Shown here: piece after piece, positions 12,952 through 26,699 of the stretch | How the letters are laid out: each line of letters begins with the position of its first letter | How positions within the stretch are numbered: the stretch's first letter is position 1 | Assembly: GCF_023055435.1 (NCBI RefSeq) | Contig: NW_025963868.1 | Span: 3,100,001 to 3,164,000 of the forward strand | From: Haliotis rufescens | Taxonomy: Eukaryota | DNA length: 64,000 nucleotides | Direction: 5' to 3' | Notes under the pieces: model-generated | What the model was told of the DNA's origin: nothing | The model's input: the letters and a program-made list of their open reading frames with translations, nothing else | The model's database searches: none | Made by a program: the position numbers and the translations under genes

Positions 12952-15900
12952 TCAGCAGTAGAATTTAGACCCGTGGCCTGACTTAGCCGAACTGACATCC
13001 TCGTCATTGAATGTAGCATTGTGGAGCTCGCTGGTGGAACAATATTCTCTGTTACTCACTCCTGGCAGGTAGGCAGCTTGCCTGTGGTTTATAATAGAAG
13101 AGATAAAAATTATGGGGAAAGGAATGTAGGAAACAGAGGTTTCTCATTCAACACTTGAACACTGGGGACATTCTATTTCGATATTAGGGGCGGTCGGGTA
13201 GCCTAGTGGTTAAAGCGTTCGCTCATCACACCGAAAACCCGGATTCAATTTCCGACATGGGTACAATGTGTGAAGCCCATTTCTGGTGTCACCGCCGTGA
13301 TATTGCTGGAATATTGCTAAAAGCGGCGTAAAACCATACTCACTCACTCACTCACTATTTCGATATTCAAATAATTTGACTTTATACTTGAAATTGAATT
13401 ATTATAAAAATGGAACATACATTATATGTCTGTCAAATTTGTAGCCCAAACGAAATACATGTAACGAAAAACCCAACGCGTTCACGAATCATTAAAAACG
13501 CTAAGTGTTTACGTAATAACGCATACAGTTTTATATGTGGTGTAATATTGTTTGTTGTTTGCTTGTTGTTTAACGCCGCAATCAGCAATATTCCAGCTAT
13601 ATGATGGCGGTCTGTAAATAATCGAGTCTGGACCAGACAATCCAGTGACTGACATCATGACCATCGATCCACGTAATTGGCATACGATGACATGCATCAA
13701 CCAAGTCAGCGGGCCTGACCACCCGACCCCGTTAGTCGCCTCTTATGACAACCATAGTCCCATTTTACGGCAAGCATGGGTTGCTGAAGACCTATTCTAC
13801 CCCGGATCTTCACAGGTCATGTTGTGTAATAACTTCAGTAAGAGACGTATTCTTTGAATCATTTGCCTGAAGTAGTTGAATGTTTATTAGATCGCAATAA
13901 TACAGCATTCAATGTCTAGAGATTTATTATTTTGAACTAGTTTTAACTTTATTACTGATTTCCCGAAAGAAAAAGAACCGTGACATATTCCCTATGTTTA
14001 TGCAATGAAACAGTCGTGTTCTTAGTCAGATAACTCCTTAGTACCTGATGCTGGAGAAGGACAACCGGACACCCTCGGCAAAGACTGTGGCGTAGGGAGA
14101 CTCGTTGCTGACATTTGACGCTCTGTTGTTCCGTACTGTCAGGTAGGCAGCGTACCTAGAGGTGACAAACTTACAGTAACAGAAATACTATATGACAAAA
14201 TAAATAAATAATTACTCTTCCTCTGAACCTTTTCATTGAATGTCAACTTTTACTAAGTCAAAATCCTAATGTAGACCAAACTCAATTTACGTTTTATCTT
14301 TTATTTGTTAGATAAATTGTACAAAGATGTGATGACCATTAAGAAATGTACATTCGTTAAATTCTGTTGTGATATCTGTTTTACTTACCTTAATTTCCGA
14401 TTTTCTGAAAAGCAAAACAAAGAGCTATTACCAGTTGTTACACAGTAGTATAAAGTCCAGTACATACATTCGGCAAGTGTCACTGTTATCAGGAAATATT
14501 TCCGTGATTGCTCCATCTCCCAAAGATCACTGGCACTTTCAGTCACATGCTTGCAGCTTCAGTCAATGCCAACAACTTACCTCTCACTCTCCTGCATCTT
14601 CGTATCATCAGGCAGACAACAGCTTACCTCGCACTCTCCTCCATCTACGTATCATGCAGACAACAGCTTACCTCTCACTCTCCTGCATCTTCGTATCAGG
14701 CAGACAACAGCTTACCTCTCACTCTCCTGCATCTATGTATCAGTCAGACAACAGCTTACCTCTCACTCTCCTCCATCTATGTATCAGGCAGACAGCAGCT
14801 TACCTCTCACTCTCCTGCATCTTCGTATCATGCAGACAACAGCTTACCTCTCACTCTCCTGCATCTATGTATCAGACAGACAACAGCTTACCTCTCACTC
14901 TCCTGCATCTTCGTATCAGGCAGACAACAGCTTACCTCTCACTCTCCTGCATCTATGTATCAGTCAGACAACAGCTTACCTCTCACTCTCCTCCATCTAT
15001 GTATCAGGCAGACAGCAGCTTACCTCTCACTCTCCTGCATCTTCGTATCATGCAGACAACAGCTTACCTCTCACTCTCCTGCATCTATGTATCAGACAGA
15101 CAACAGCTTACCTCTCACTCTCCTGCATCTTCGTATCAGGCAGACAACAGCTTACCTCTCACTCTCCTGCATCTTCGTATCAGGCAGACAACAGCTTACC
15201 TCTCACTCTCATGCATCTTCGTATCAGGCAGACAACAGCTTACCTCTCACTCTCCTGCATCTTCGTATCAGACAGAAAACAGCTTACCTCTCACTCTCCT
15301 CCATCTTCGTATGATGCAGACAACAGCTTACCTCTCACTCTCCTGCATCTACGTATCAGACAGACAACAGCTTACCTCTCACCCCCTGTATCTATGTATC
15401 AGGCAGACAACAGCTTACCTCTCACCCCCTGTATCTATGTATCAGGCAGACAACAGCTTACCTCTCACCCCCTGTATCTATGTATCAGGCAGACAACAGC
15501 TTACCTCTCACTCTCCTTCATCTATGTATCAGGCAGACAGCAGCTTACCTCTCACTCTCCTGCATCTACGTATCAGGCAGACAACAGCTTACCTCTCACT
15601 CTCCTCCATCTATGTATCAGGCAGACAGCAGCTTACCTCTAACTCTCCTTCATCTATGTATCAGACAGACAACAGCTTACGTCTCACTCTCCTGCATCTT
15701 CGTAGCAGGCAGACAACAGCTTACCTCTCACGCTCCTGCATCTTCGTATCATGCAGACAACAGCTTACCTCTCACTCTCCTGCATCTTCGTAGCAGGCAG
15801 ACAACAGCTTACCTCTCACTCTCCTGCATCTTCGTATCAGGCAGACAACAGCTTACCTCTCACTCTCCTGCATTTTCGTATCAGACAGACAACAGCTTAC

Positions 15901-18900
15901 CTCTCACTCTCCTGCATCTTCGTATCAGACAGACAACAGCTTACCTCTCACTCTCCTGCATTTTCGTATCAGACAGACAACTGCTTACCTCTCACTCTCC
16001 TGCATCTTCGTATCATGCAGACAACAGCTTACCTCTCAATCTCCTGCATCTTCGTATCAGTCAGACAACAGCTTACCTCTCACACTCCTACATCTACGTA
16101 TCAGACAGACAACAGCTTACCTCTCACTCTCCTGCATCTTCGTATCAGGCAGACAACAGCTTACCTCTCACTCTCCTCCATCTATGTATCAGACAGACAA
16201 CAGCTTACCTCTCACTCTCCTCCATCTATTTATCATGCAGACAACAGCTCACCTCTCACTCTCCTCCATCTATGTATCAGGCAGACAACAGCTCACCTCT
16301 CACTCTCCTCCATCTATTTATCATGCAGACAACAGCTCACCTCTCACTCTCCTCCATCTATGTATCAGGCAGACAACAGCTTACCTCGCACTCTCCTCCA
16401 TCTATGTATCATGCAGACAACAGCTCACCTCTCACTCTCCTCCATCTATGTATCAGGCAGACAACAGCTTACCGCTCACTCTCCTCCATCTATGTATCAT
16501 GCAGACAACAGCTTACCTCTCACTCTCCTCCATCTATGTATCATGCAGACAACAGCTTACCTCTCACTCTCCTCCATCTATGTATCATGCAGACAACAGC
16601 TTACCTCTCACTCTCCTCCATCTATGTATCATGCAGACAGCAGCTTACCTCTAACTCGCCTGCATCTATGTATCAGTCAGACAACAGCTTACCTCTCACT
16701 CTCCTCCATCTATGTATCATGCAGACAACAGCTTACCTCTCACTCTCCTCCATCTATGTATAATGCAGACAGCAGCTTACCTCTAACTCGCCTGCATCTA
16801 TGTATCAGACAGACAACAGCTTACCTCTCACTCTCCTCCATCTATGTATCATGCAGACAGCAGCTTACCTCTAACTCGCCTGCATCTTCGTATCATGCAG
16901 ACAACAGCTTACCTCTCACTCTCCTCCATCTATGTATAATGCAGACAGCAGCTTACCTCTAACTCGCCTGCATCTATGTATCATGCAGACAACAGCTTAC
17001 CTCTCACTTTCCTCCATCTATGTATCAGGCACACAACAGCTTACCTCTCACTCTCCTCCATCTATGTATCAGACAGACAACAGCTTACCTCTCACTCTCC
17101 TCCATCTATGTATCATGCAGACAACAGCTTACCTCTCACTCTCCTCCATCTATGTATAATGCAGACAGCAGCTTACCTCTAACTCGCCTGCATCTATGTA
17201 TCAGACAGACAACAGCTTACCTCTCACTCTCCTCCATCTATGTATCATGCAGACAGCAGCTTACCTCTAACTCGCCTGCATCTTCGTATCATGCAGACAA
17301 CAGCTTACCTCTCACTCTCCTCCATCTATGTATCATGCAGACAGCAGCTTACCTCTAACTCGCCTGCATCTATGTATCATGCAGACAACAGCTTACCTCT
17401 CACTTTCCTCCATCTATGTATCAGGCACACAACAGCTTACCTCTCACTCTCCTACATCTTCGTATGAGGCAGACAACAGCTTACCTCTCACTCTCCTACA
17501 TCTTCGTATGAGGCAGACAACAGCTTACCTCTCACTCTCCTACATCTTCGTATGAGGCAGACAACAGCTTACCTCTCACTTTCCTCCATCTATGTATCAG
17601 GCACACAACAGCTTACCTCTCACTCTCCTACATCTTCGTATGAGGCAGACAACAGCTTACCTCTCACTTTCCTCCATCTATGTATCAGGCACACAACAGC
17701 TTACCTCTCACTCTCCTCCATCTGTGTATCAGGCAGACAACAGCTTACCTCTCACTCTCCTCCATCTGTGTATCATGCAGACAACAGCTTACCTCTCACT
17801 CTCCTCCATCTGTGTATCAGGCACACAACAGCTTACCTCTCACTCTCCTCCATCTGTGTATCAGGCAGACAACAGCTTACCTCTCACTCTCCTCCATCTG
17901 TGTATCAGGCAGACAACAGCTTACCTCTCACTCTCCTCCATCTGTGTATCAGGCACACAACAGCTTACCTCTCACTCTCCTCCATCTGTGTATCAGGCAC
18001 ACAACAGCTTACCTCTCACTCTCCTCCATCTGTGTATCAGGCAGACAACAGCTTACCTCTCACTCCCCTGCATCTATGTATCAGGCAGACAACAGCTTAC
18101 CTCTCACTCCCCTGCATCTACGTATGAGGCAGACAACAGCTTACCTCTCACTCTCCTGCATCTACGTATGAGGCAGACAACAGCTTACCTCTCACTCTCC
18201 TGCATCTACGTATGAGGCAGACTAGAAGAACCACAACAAGGACCAGGAGGACACAGGTGACAGTGTACCCGACGATGTGTACTTGGACCCCCTCGTCTGG
18301 AAATGGCGATGGATGCATGGTATCAGATAGATGTGTTGGACTCGCATAATTTGTAATCAACTGTATTATTAGTGAGGTTGTATGTTCATATTCGATAAAT
18401 GTTACACTGCATCAAGGGAGTCAATGACAACTCCCAGCGAGGCTAAAACAAAGTTGGAAAAGGAATTTCAAAATGTTGATATGCAATGTTCAATGTTCAG
18501 TTAGAATTTAACGTCGCATCGGCATTATTTCAGCCAAACAGCGACGAGACCATGTTGATATATTCACAATCGAGTTATTTATGCAAAGTAATAGTTAAAA
18601 ACAATTTATGAAACATATTTGAGCATACTATATTTAAAAACAATTCAAGGAACATTTTTGAGCATAAGAATGAATTAGGATAAATATCTTCAATACAGTT
18701 GTGTTTTATTTGATTTTGAATCAACAGTTTGTTGAAACAGAATGTTTGAAGTATTACATTGGAGTGATGTTACTATCAGATTATAGCAAGGTCGACTTTC
18801 TAACCAATATTGTGCGTGTTCCGGTAAGACGAGGTGAAAATGTAATAAGTTATTACAGGTTTAATCCAAATAAATGCTTGTATGTTACAGGTTCTGATAC

Positions 18901-21900
18901 CAAGCTTTATCGCCAGCAATGTTGTGGAAGTCTTACAGAAAACTTCCAGCGTCAGGTTCCGTGATGTATTCCCATGCGTGTTGTTGGCGTGACACGTGTA
19001 CTGTCCAGACACAGATCTGTCTACAGCTGGTATATACAACACAGCCTCCCTCTGTCCCGTGATCACCCTCTGTCTGGACCAGGTCACCGTACAAGCGGGC
19101 TTACAGTCAGCAGAACATCTCACTGTGGTAGGTTTCCCTTCTTCTGCCTTTAGCCTGTCACTAGCGCCGTTAAACTGTATATGTTCAGGTCCATCTGTGA
19201 GCAATCGAAATTGAAAGTCGAAAGATAAATATGTCGTGGCCCACTGATTGCCATCAAGCTCATCACACGCATTAAAGGAAGATCCCGGCGGCATTGTGTC
19301 AGGTAAGTATGAAATTTCATTCGGTTGAACAGAGTGAATTAGACTGAAATTGATTTCTCTTGAAGGTAAAGCCAGATATAAAGGGAGGTTATTCACTGTA
19401 GAGGGCGCCACCGTGAGGGGTATATATAGGAATTGTAAAGCCCGGGTAGTTCAATCTCTCCTGTGGTGTCGCCGTTACAGTGCGGTATGTTTATTCTATG
19501 TTTATGTCCGGTGCATTATGGTGATGAACATTTTCTGTTTCTGTGAAAATTTCAATGCAGAGTAAATGCCTCGGCTTGTGCCACAAGGAAGCCACACTGT
19601 GTGTTTGTTGTTTATATCTGGCTTGACGAGAAGCGTCATGGGCGTCACATGTTCAGTGACGAATCAAGGTTTCTTTCAGATCTTATGGATGAGTCGTTTT
19701 TGGAGAAGTTTACAATGGATAGCTTACATAGTTAATGAATGAGAACATTGTAAGGTCTAGTTTTAAAGTTTCACTTCATGGCTCTGTAGAATCGACGCTT
19801 TAGTATAGTAACTGAGCCACCGGGAAATCCGTTTAGAATACAGATTTTCTTCCCAGAATTTTAACACGTGCAATAGATATTCTAGGAACAATAATATGCC
19901 ACACTGTAAACTATCAGAATAAGAATCAGTAATGGGAATTATGTTGTTTAGACTGAAGACATCGAGCATTCTCCCGTCTTTGTAGAACTATAATATATAC
20001 ATGAAACTGATAACCATAATTGTTGTCTGAATAAGGAATGTATGCTGTATGGCTGTAACATACATAACGCTCTTCACATGACCCGGTGGTATTCGACAAT
20101 CATGTTCATGTTTCAATGGTCCACGTTTTCATTATAACTTTATTCTTGTTTAATGACACCCCTGATCATTGGAACACATCTCCGGGACACTAAGCCCCCG
20201 TGAAATCCGTTTAGGATACATCTTTTCAAAAGATATTCAAGCAACAACAATATACTACATTGTAAACTATCAGTATATTAAATCAATACTGATAAACGAA
20301 GGCTTCTTTAAACAGTTCCATTCTACAAGCACCGTCTCCTTGAATCAATGTCTTGTTGTTGAGATGTGAAATTGTCAGCATCTAGTATTCCCCCGCCTTT
20401 GAAGACATATACTATTTACAAGAAACTGTTAACCACAATTGTTGTATGAATAAGGAATCGGTACCACGGAATGAACTGTTTTCAGCAAGATATCGCTCAG
20501 TTGAGGTTAGGTAAACCAGGTATATGCTGTATGCCAGATACATAATGCTCTTCATGTGACCCGGTGGTACTCTACTATCATGTTTGAATGAATATAAGCT
20601 GGAACACGATCCAACATTTTTATCATAACACGACCACATTCTAAACAAACAGATCAAAACAATATCGACATAAATGATTCAATGCAAAGGCAAACATTTA
20701 AAGCCAATGTTGGTAAATGACCACTACTCATTCAAAATGTCATGAAATTTGGTTTATGTTGAGAGGGCAGTCGGTCTCATGATCATTTGTATCGTTTGTT
20801 TGTAAGATTTTAAATTTTGACCTTGTTTTGAGCTTTGTGTTTTACCATGCTAAAACGTTCTCTAAAAATGCGTATTTTGGCTCTGTAGTAAAGTTCGCTG
20901 AAATAACCAGCCTGGGGACTATGAACTCACGCATGTATGTCTCTCCTAATGATGACATCATAATTTGCCCAATGCATATAATTTAGTATTGTTTTTTGTA
21001 TTCTCTGTATTTATGCCAAGTGTTAAATGTCTATCTTTGTTGATACATGTATTTAAAACTGTATGACAAGAGGAAGACCTCAACAATCCAATAGTCAACA
21101 CTCCCTTCATGTCGGGCAATATGCCTGCAGCTCCTTGGTGTCTACATTTCACAACATTAAGTTACAATCGAGCATGATCTTTCTACCAAGATTTCAAAAA
21201 CCTTCATGCAACGCTTGCTCTGAACCTGTTTGTTCAATGTTATAACATCAGCAAAGCTTGTCAAAACGTTTTATGGTAAATATGTGCCTGATTTCCAAAT
21301 CTGACGCATCAGTGACAAAAAGGATGTCCGATGCAATGATGTCTTGTACCATGTGTTTCAGGTGAACAATTGACTTGACTTTGCATGTGTTTGTGACGGG
21401 TGCCACCGGTGGGGCAGGAAAAGATTATCTTTTCGCAAACACCTGGAATCATCACTTTATATATATTTGATAGTAATTCATAAATATTTGTACGTGACAA
21501 AGTCGGAATCGTACAATCGACCTTGTTTTTGGCAGATCTTTTTCATGAATATGGAAAAGGTTTTGTCGCTATTATTTACAAAAAAATGTCACTCAGCACC
21601 AAAGTTGAAAAGATGAAGTATATTTCGTTTTAAATACCCAAAGCAAAGTAAGTTCTTACTCACAGTGAACCTCCAGTACATGTCCGTGACTCCAGTCAGA
21701 CTCCAGCCCCTCCTCCACAGCCTGGCAGGTGTAGATGTCTCCCTGGTTCTCTCTGCTGATGTGGGTTATTGTCAGGTCATCTCCACCTGTATGAGACCCG
21801 TCACCAGATTCTAGCATGGTCCTGTTCCTCCTCCAGGTGTAGGTCATGTTCAGTGGGGGGTGTTCCAGGGGCAGACTCCGAGAGGAGGAGGAGCATGTCA

Positions 21901-23237
21901 GGGTGACATTATCACCTGATACAGTTGAGGCAGGTCCTGTGACGTTAGGTGTGGTCGGCTTCTCTGTTAAAATATTAATATTTCAAAATTAAACAAGCGT
22001 CATAATACTGAATCATTTTATATATCAATTACATAGAGTAAGTGAGTGAGTGAGTATGGTTTCATGCCGCTTTTAGCACAAGTAATATCAGGACGAGCGA
22101 CACTAGAAATTGGCTTCACACATTGTACCCATGTGGGGATCGAACCCGCTTCTTCGGAGTGACAAGCGAACGCTGTAAGAACTTGATTACCCATCGCCCC
22201 AGGTAAATGGAAATCGAATTAACAATGATTTATCATGATGTCTCGACCATTAAATTACTGCAATATTCGAACCTCGTCATCTCTATATCTTATCTTCAGC
22301 AACATGTTGAATCTCCAGAGTTTTCAATCCTTATAACTTAACGTAAATTATATTGTCGACCTTCACCTTTCTGTTAAGGGAAAGAAATATATGTTTTTTT
22401 CGGGTTTCTTCATTAAGCTGTGTTAGGGTTTTACAGCGATAATACCCATGGCACACTTTCCGTGACACAGCTGTACAAGACGTCGGCTTCTCCAATACCT
22501 CTCCTGTTCCATTAACAGATTGTGTCCCGCTCCTGTCCTTCCCCTCCTGACTGTTTTACTTCCTCGTCAACTCTAGGGGTCTACTGTTGATGATACTAGC
22601 AATATAAGCGTTACGTCGATACTTTTTAATGTTTTGTTTTCATAACCGCAATGTATTATAAAACACATTCATTTTTTAACTATTATTCTGTGAGTCTCAT
22701 ATAATACGTACGTGATACAACGAGGACCTGTCTACATCCAGGTACCATCATATTACTGGATGTTTGACATGAGTAAGAACCAGCATCCTGTACAGTAACA
22801 TTGTAGATGGTAAACCTCAGCTGTCCGGTCTGTGATAGTGAGTCCTCCCCTGTGTATCTGATCCTGGTCGTGTAGCCGGTGTGACTGCTGTTGAGTACCA
22901 ATACCCGGTGTGACAGAGGCAGGACCACTAACAGTTTTACCGAACCATTCCTCCATACGAAATATGTGTAGCTGACATTAGCTGGGCTCATAGTTATGTT
23001 AACATCGTAGCCAACACGTGTGACAGTGTGTCGGTAGTCAGCTGTCACGGAGGCCAGACCTGCACATAAATGAAATACTCATCATAGAAACTCATTGATA
23101 AATGAATATTGACAGTTGACAGAAAACAACAACATAAAAACAACTATATATAATGCCAATTCTGTTGACGAAGACAGATACATACCACACCCATACAGTC
23201 CTCCCGCCACAACGTAAAACAAGAACATAGTCGCCAT
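12952..23237 (-). CDS. IgSF type-I receptor, gene 1 (SP-V-Ig-Ig-TM, ITIM-bearing tail, ITAM lost)
   Basis: Predicted exons, all GT-AG and phase-compatible: 23186-23237 (MATMFLFYVVAGGLYGC), 22712-23059 (V-like, DAGSYSC), 21664-21963 (VTLTC..YTW..DIYTC), 18937-19194 (VRC..VTW..GQYTC), 18189-18296 (TM YTVTCVLLVLVVVLLVCLIRRCRR), 14389-14404 (16-nt micro-exon, ENRKLR), 14045-14155 (YAAYLTV..ESPYATV), 12952-13081 (QAAYL..SKFYC*). Confidence 0.82.
13187..13355 (+). mobile_element. tRNA-derived SINE family B, full length
   Basis: tRNA-like head (TAGCCTAGTGG ... GGATTCAATTTCC), GATATTGCTGGAATATTGCTAAAAGCGGCGTAAAAC 3' end, (ACTC)n tail and a 12-bp TSD TATTTCGATATT. Other copies at about 12446-12545(-), 22038-22200(-), 29225-29376(-), 45991-46129(-). 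Confidence 0.9.
13548..13818 (-). mobile_element. SINE-like repeat family C
   Basis: About 270-bp element sharing the CAGCAATATTCCAGC 3' motif, with an (AAAC)n tail. Copies at about 25665-25908, 29647-29863, 41773-42016, 46400-46651. Confidence 0.75.
14570..18222 (-). repeat. 44-bp minisatellite (about 83 copies) derived from the gene 1 TM-exon 3' end plus its 5' splice site
   Basis: Minus-strand unit GTCTGCCTCATACGTAGATGCAGGAGAGTGAGAG|GTAAGCTGTT; the first unit is the real exon end (donor after 18189). Confidence 0.93.
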
Positions 23238-24299
23238 GGCGTTCAGTTAATACTGACAGATTTCAGCTTCTGACTATGAGAGTGATGTGTCACCAAATAG
23301 TTTCACTTGACTATTTCCGTATTGAATGAAGAATATCCTTGTTTACCCAAACAGTAGTGAATAGGCCGGGTGTAGATATTCTTGTATGGATGAATATTGG
23401 ATGCTGTATTGTGATGCAACTTACTTGGCACCAGGCCTCTAAATGCTGTCGGGTTGGGTATACATATATATCTAAATACTATGACTCTATAAGCCCTCTA
23501 TTGTTCTCGTTTAATTACTCTAATGCACTCCCAAACAAGGTGTAAGTGTAACTATTGATATCACATCACCAATATAGTGCAGGTCATCTTAGTAGTGAAC
23601 ACGTCTTCAACAGAGTTATAACTGGTGGCACTAATGCAGAGCCAGTGACACTAGAACTGGGTGGCTGCTTAACGCAAGGGAGATGTACCCTCCATGTAAA
23701 GGGGGACAACTCAGTACACATTCTATCACGTGTGCTTTTCAGAACTGAAAGTGTCTGCTGGAAGATTTAATCCAAATCATGAAGCACAGATTATTTTTCT
23801 CTTTCCCCCCCTTTCTTTCTTTTACCCATCATAACTGTCTATACACAAGGTGTGCATGTATCCAGATGAATACTGATTATGCTGACGTCTATTTTCTGTT
23901 ATCAGAAGAAGGATCGTCTTGTTTTTCAACATAATATTTTGTGATTCTGATAAGGTAAAGTCACTGTGTTGGACTGTATCAGCTCTCTACTGTTCACGCC
24001 TTACTCCAATGCACGTAAAAACAAGGTGTGAATGCAGCTGTTAGTTTCACATTACCAATAAAGTGCAGATGACAATAGCGGTGGTAATGTCGGCAACAAT
24101 ACAGAACCAGTGACACTAGAAATAGGTGGCTGTGAAATCAAGGGAAATTCACCACTGAAAGTGTCTGCTTGTGGTTTAATCTTAATCATATAGCAGAGAT
24201 TTTTTTCTCTAGCTTTCTTTTTATTTATTATTTTTATTTTATTATTCATTACTTTTTATGTGCAAAACATGCGCATGTCCAAATTGGCAACAATTATGC

Positions 24300-24760
24300 T
24301 GGCGTCTATTTTCTGTCATTTGTTGGGCGATACAGGCACGACACCTTGATGGCATACTGTTAATTATATCGTGTATGTTTGTTCTTTGTATTGCCCGTCA
24401 TTCCGCCTGAAGAGCTATCCCAGGCTGGGCCCCGTTGACGGGTGCTAGATCTCTATTGTACACCTTCCGTGCCGACAACATCCCACAGATGTCCTATTGG
24501 GGACATGTCAGGGGACTTAGCAGGCCAGTCCAATGTCCGTATGACATCTCGTCGGAGATAATCGGTGACGACCTGGAAACGAAGTGGTCTTGCATTGTCA
24601 TCTTGTAGTTCAGAATGTCTACAGATAATTCTAGCAATTGGAACACAGGACGCACACTTTCGTCAACATATCGTTGGCAAGTTAAAAGTCCATTCCCAAT
24701 AACCAAATGAGTGCGCCTGTCATGTGTGATACCGCCCCACACCGCCCCACACCATGACAC
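24300..24760 (-). pseudogene. Tc1-like transposase remnant upstream of gene 1
   Basis: VWGGITHDRRT..QRYVDE..QDDNARP..DWPAxSPDMSPIGHLWD motifs, degraded. Paralogous copies lie upstream of genes 2 and 3. Confidence 0.8.
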
Positions 24761-26699
24761 TAATGTAATTAAACTAACTTTTCAAGGTGCCGTTTTTGTA
24801 AGGCCTGCCACGCCCTGGTCTCATTTTGAATTGCAGCCGACGTGGTTTGATGGAATGTATGCATATGCTAATCTTCATATCACGTGACCAGACGTTTCTC
24901 TTGTTTGAAAGCAAATGCGTTTATTCTCATTTCAGAGCAGCCCGACCTAATGGAAGCATGTCAGTGCGATTTACTTAATCATAAAAATACGCTATTTCAA
25001 CTATGACAGTTAGGAGTATCACAATATATCTTCACACATTGAAGCGACCGTATCGCTAGCTAGTCATACAACCCTGCATGGAGCCGCACAACCATTGTGA
25101 ATAAAGGATAAATATTCAAATCAAAATATTTTTTTTACGTTTTAGGATATTTTTAATTAACTATTCTCCCACATTTGCAGACTTGTAAAAAACAAAACAG
25201 AAGAAAAAATGCAATTTGACTGCATATGTTTCTCACAAATCGTCACATCTCGCTGGCCTGTGGCAGAAGTACAAGGTCGAGCGCAATGAACTGTGTAGGA
25301 TAGTGGATGATATCAGGCCATATCTCCTAGGATTGCATTTTGACGTCATCAGGTACCAAGAAGTCACAATCAAATTATATCACTAATCTCTCTGCTGTTG
25401 AAGCGGGTTAGGTGTACTTTTTACACTCGAGACACTGGTTATTTCAGAGATGAACCTATTCTGTTGTAAATCTTGAGGTTGTTCATTAAATAGATTTATC
25501 TCCTATTCTACTATAAGATTATGTTGCTAAGGCGTTCGTCTTTAAACGACATTTATCGATGTGTTATAAATGAGTCAATTTACAACTGAAAAGTTGTGTC
25601 TTCTAAAAAGTCACTGGGTATAGTTAGAATAATCTCTTAACAATATACTTTTGTTTTCTTCTTTCTTTGTTATAGTGTTTAACGCCGCACTCAGCAATAT
25701 TCCAGTCATATTGTGGGTGGATAAACTTAATCGAGTAAGACAATCGACAAGACAATCCAGTGACTGACATCAAGAGCATTGATCTATGCAATCGGGATAC
25801 GATGACATGCACCAACCAAATCAGCAAGCCTGACCACCCGATCCCTTTAGTCGCCTCTTACGATAAGCATGGGTTGCTGAAGACCAATTCTAACCAGGGT
25901 CCTCACAGATTCTCAACAATATGTGTAAAAAAAACATGACTTGTACTTTCATCATCAGAGCATATATGTAGTTAGATATGTTTTGTTAGCGAGGACTAAC
26001 GCTGAATTGTAAAATAACACTTGTAAGTATTATTACCCTGCGAATATATGTCTTACAAGAATTGTGTATGTGACATTTGCATGCTTTGGAGCAAAGGCAC
26101 ATATGTTAGTTTTTAATTCATTTACGACTTGTTACATCATGTGCACCTACAACATTCTATCAATGCAAAACATATACACATTTACTGAGTGTGCTTTTGA
26201 ACAAAGCTTTAAGGTATTCGTTCAAAAGAGTGAGTGAGTGAGTGAGTGATTGAGTGAGTGAGTTTCTCCACTTTGAAACTTATTTCAGTTATATGACGAC
26301 GTTGTCAGCTTAATAAGTAAGAACAAACCGAAGTGTTGCAAGGCTCTTACAACTTTATTAAAAACCATGATCATACAAAGTTGACAAACATAGAAACATA
26401 ATCAGTGAGAATTTGGAAACGAACCCAGCATCATATGATCAGCCCATTATACCATTCGTCACCACTCGCCCCTTTACGTAACCTGCTAAAAACATAATCC
26501 TTTATCCATCATTACTCGCATATGATTTGTGCCAAAATACCACAAACCAATCACAATGCGCGTCAGGATTGAGGTACTTTAATAAAAAATAACCCAGGGT
26601 ACTTTAATCAATTATGACAATATGTGGTCATTTAATTTTTGTTTTAAAATGTGGATCATTATTTCGGCATTACAAGTATGGTTCTTCGGTTCTTCGGTC

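Noticed and set aside
14468-14516. Possible 49-nt phase 1-2 exon of gene 1
   Set aside because: Weak acceptor; the 16-nt exon at 14389-14404 has strong sites and matches the 16-nt exons of genes 2 and 3.
14369-18215. Long plus-strand ORFs (up to 474 aa) in all three frames
   Set aside because: Artefacts of the 44-bp repeat, which has few stops on the plus strand; they lie antisense within a gene 1 intron.
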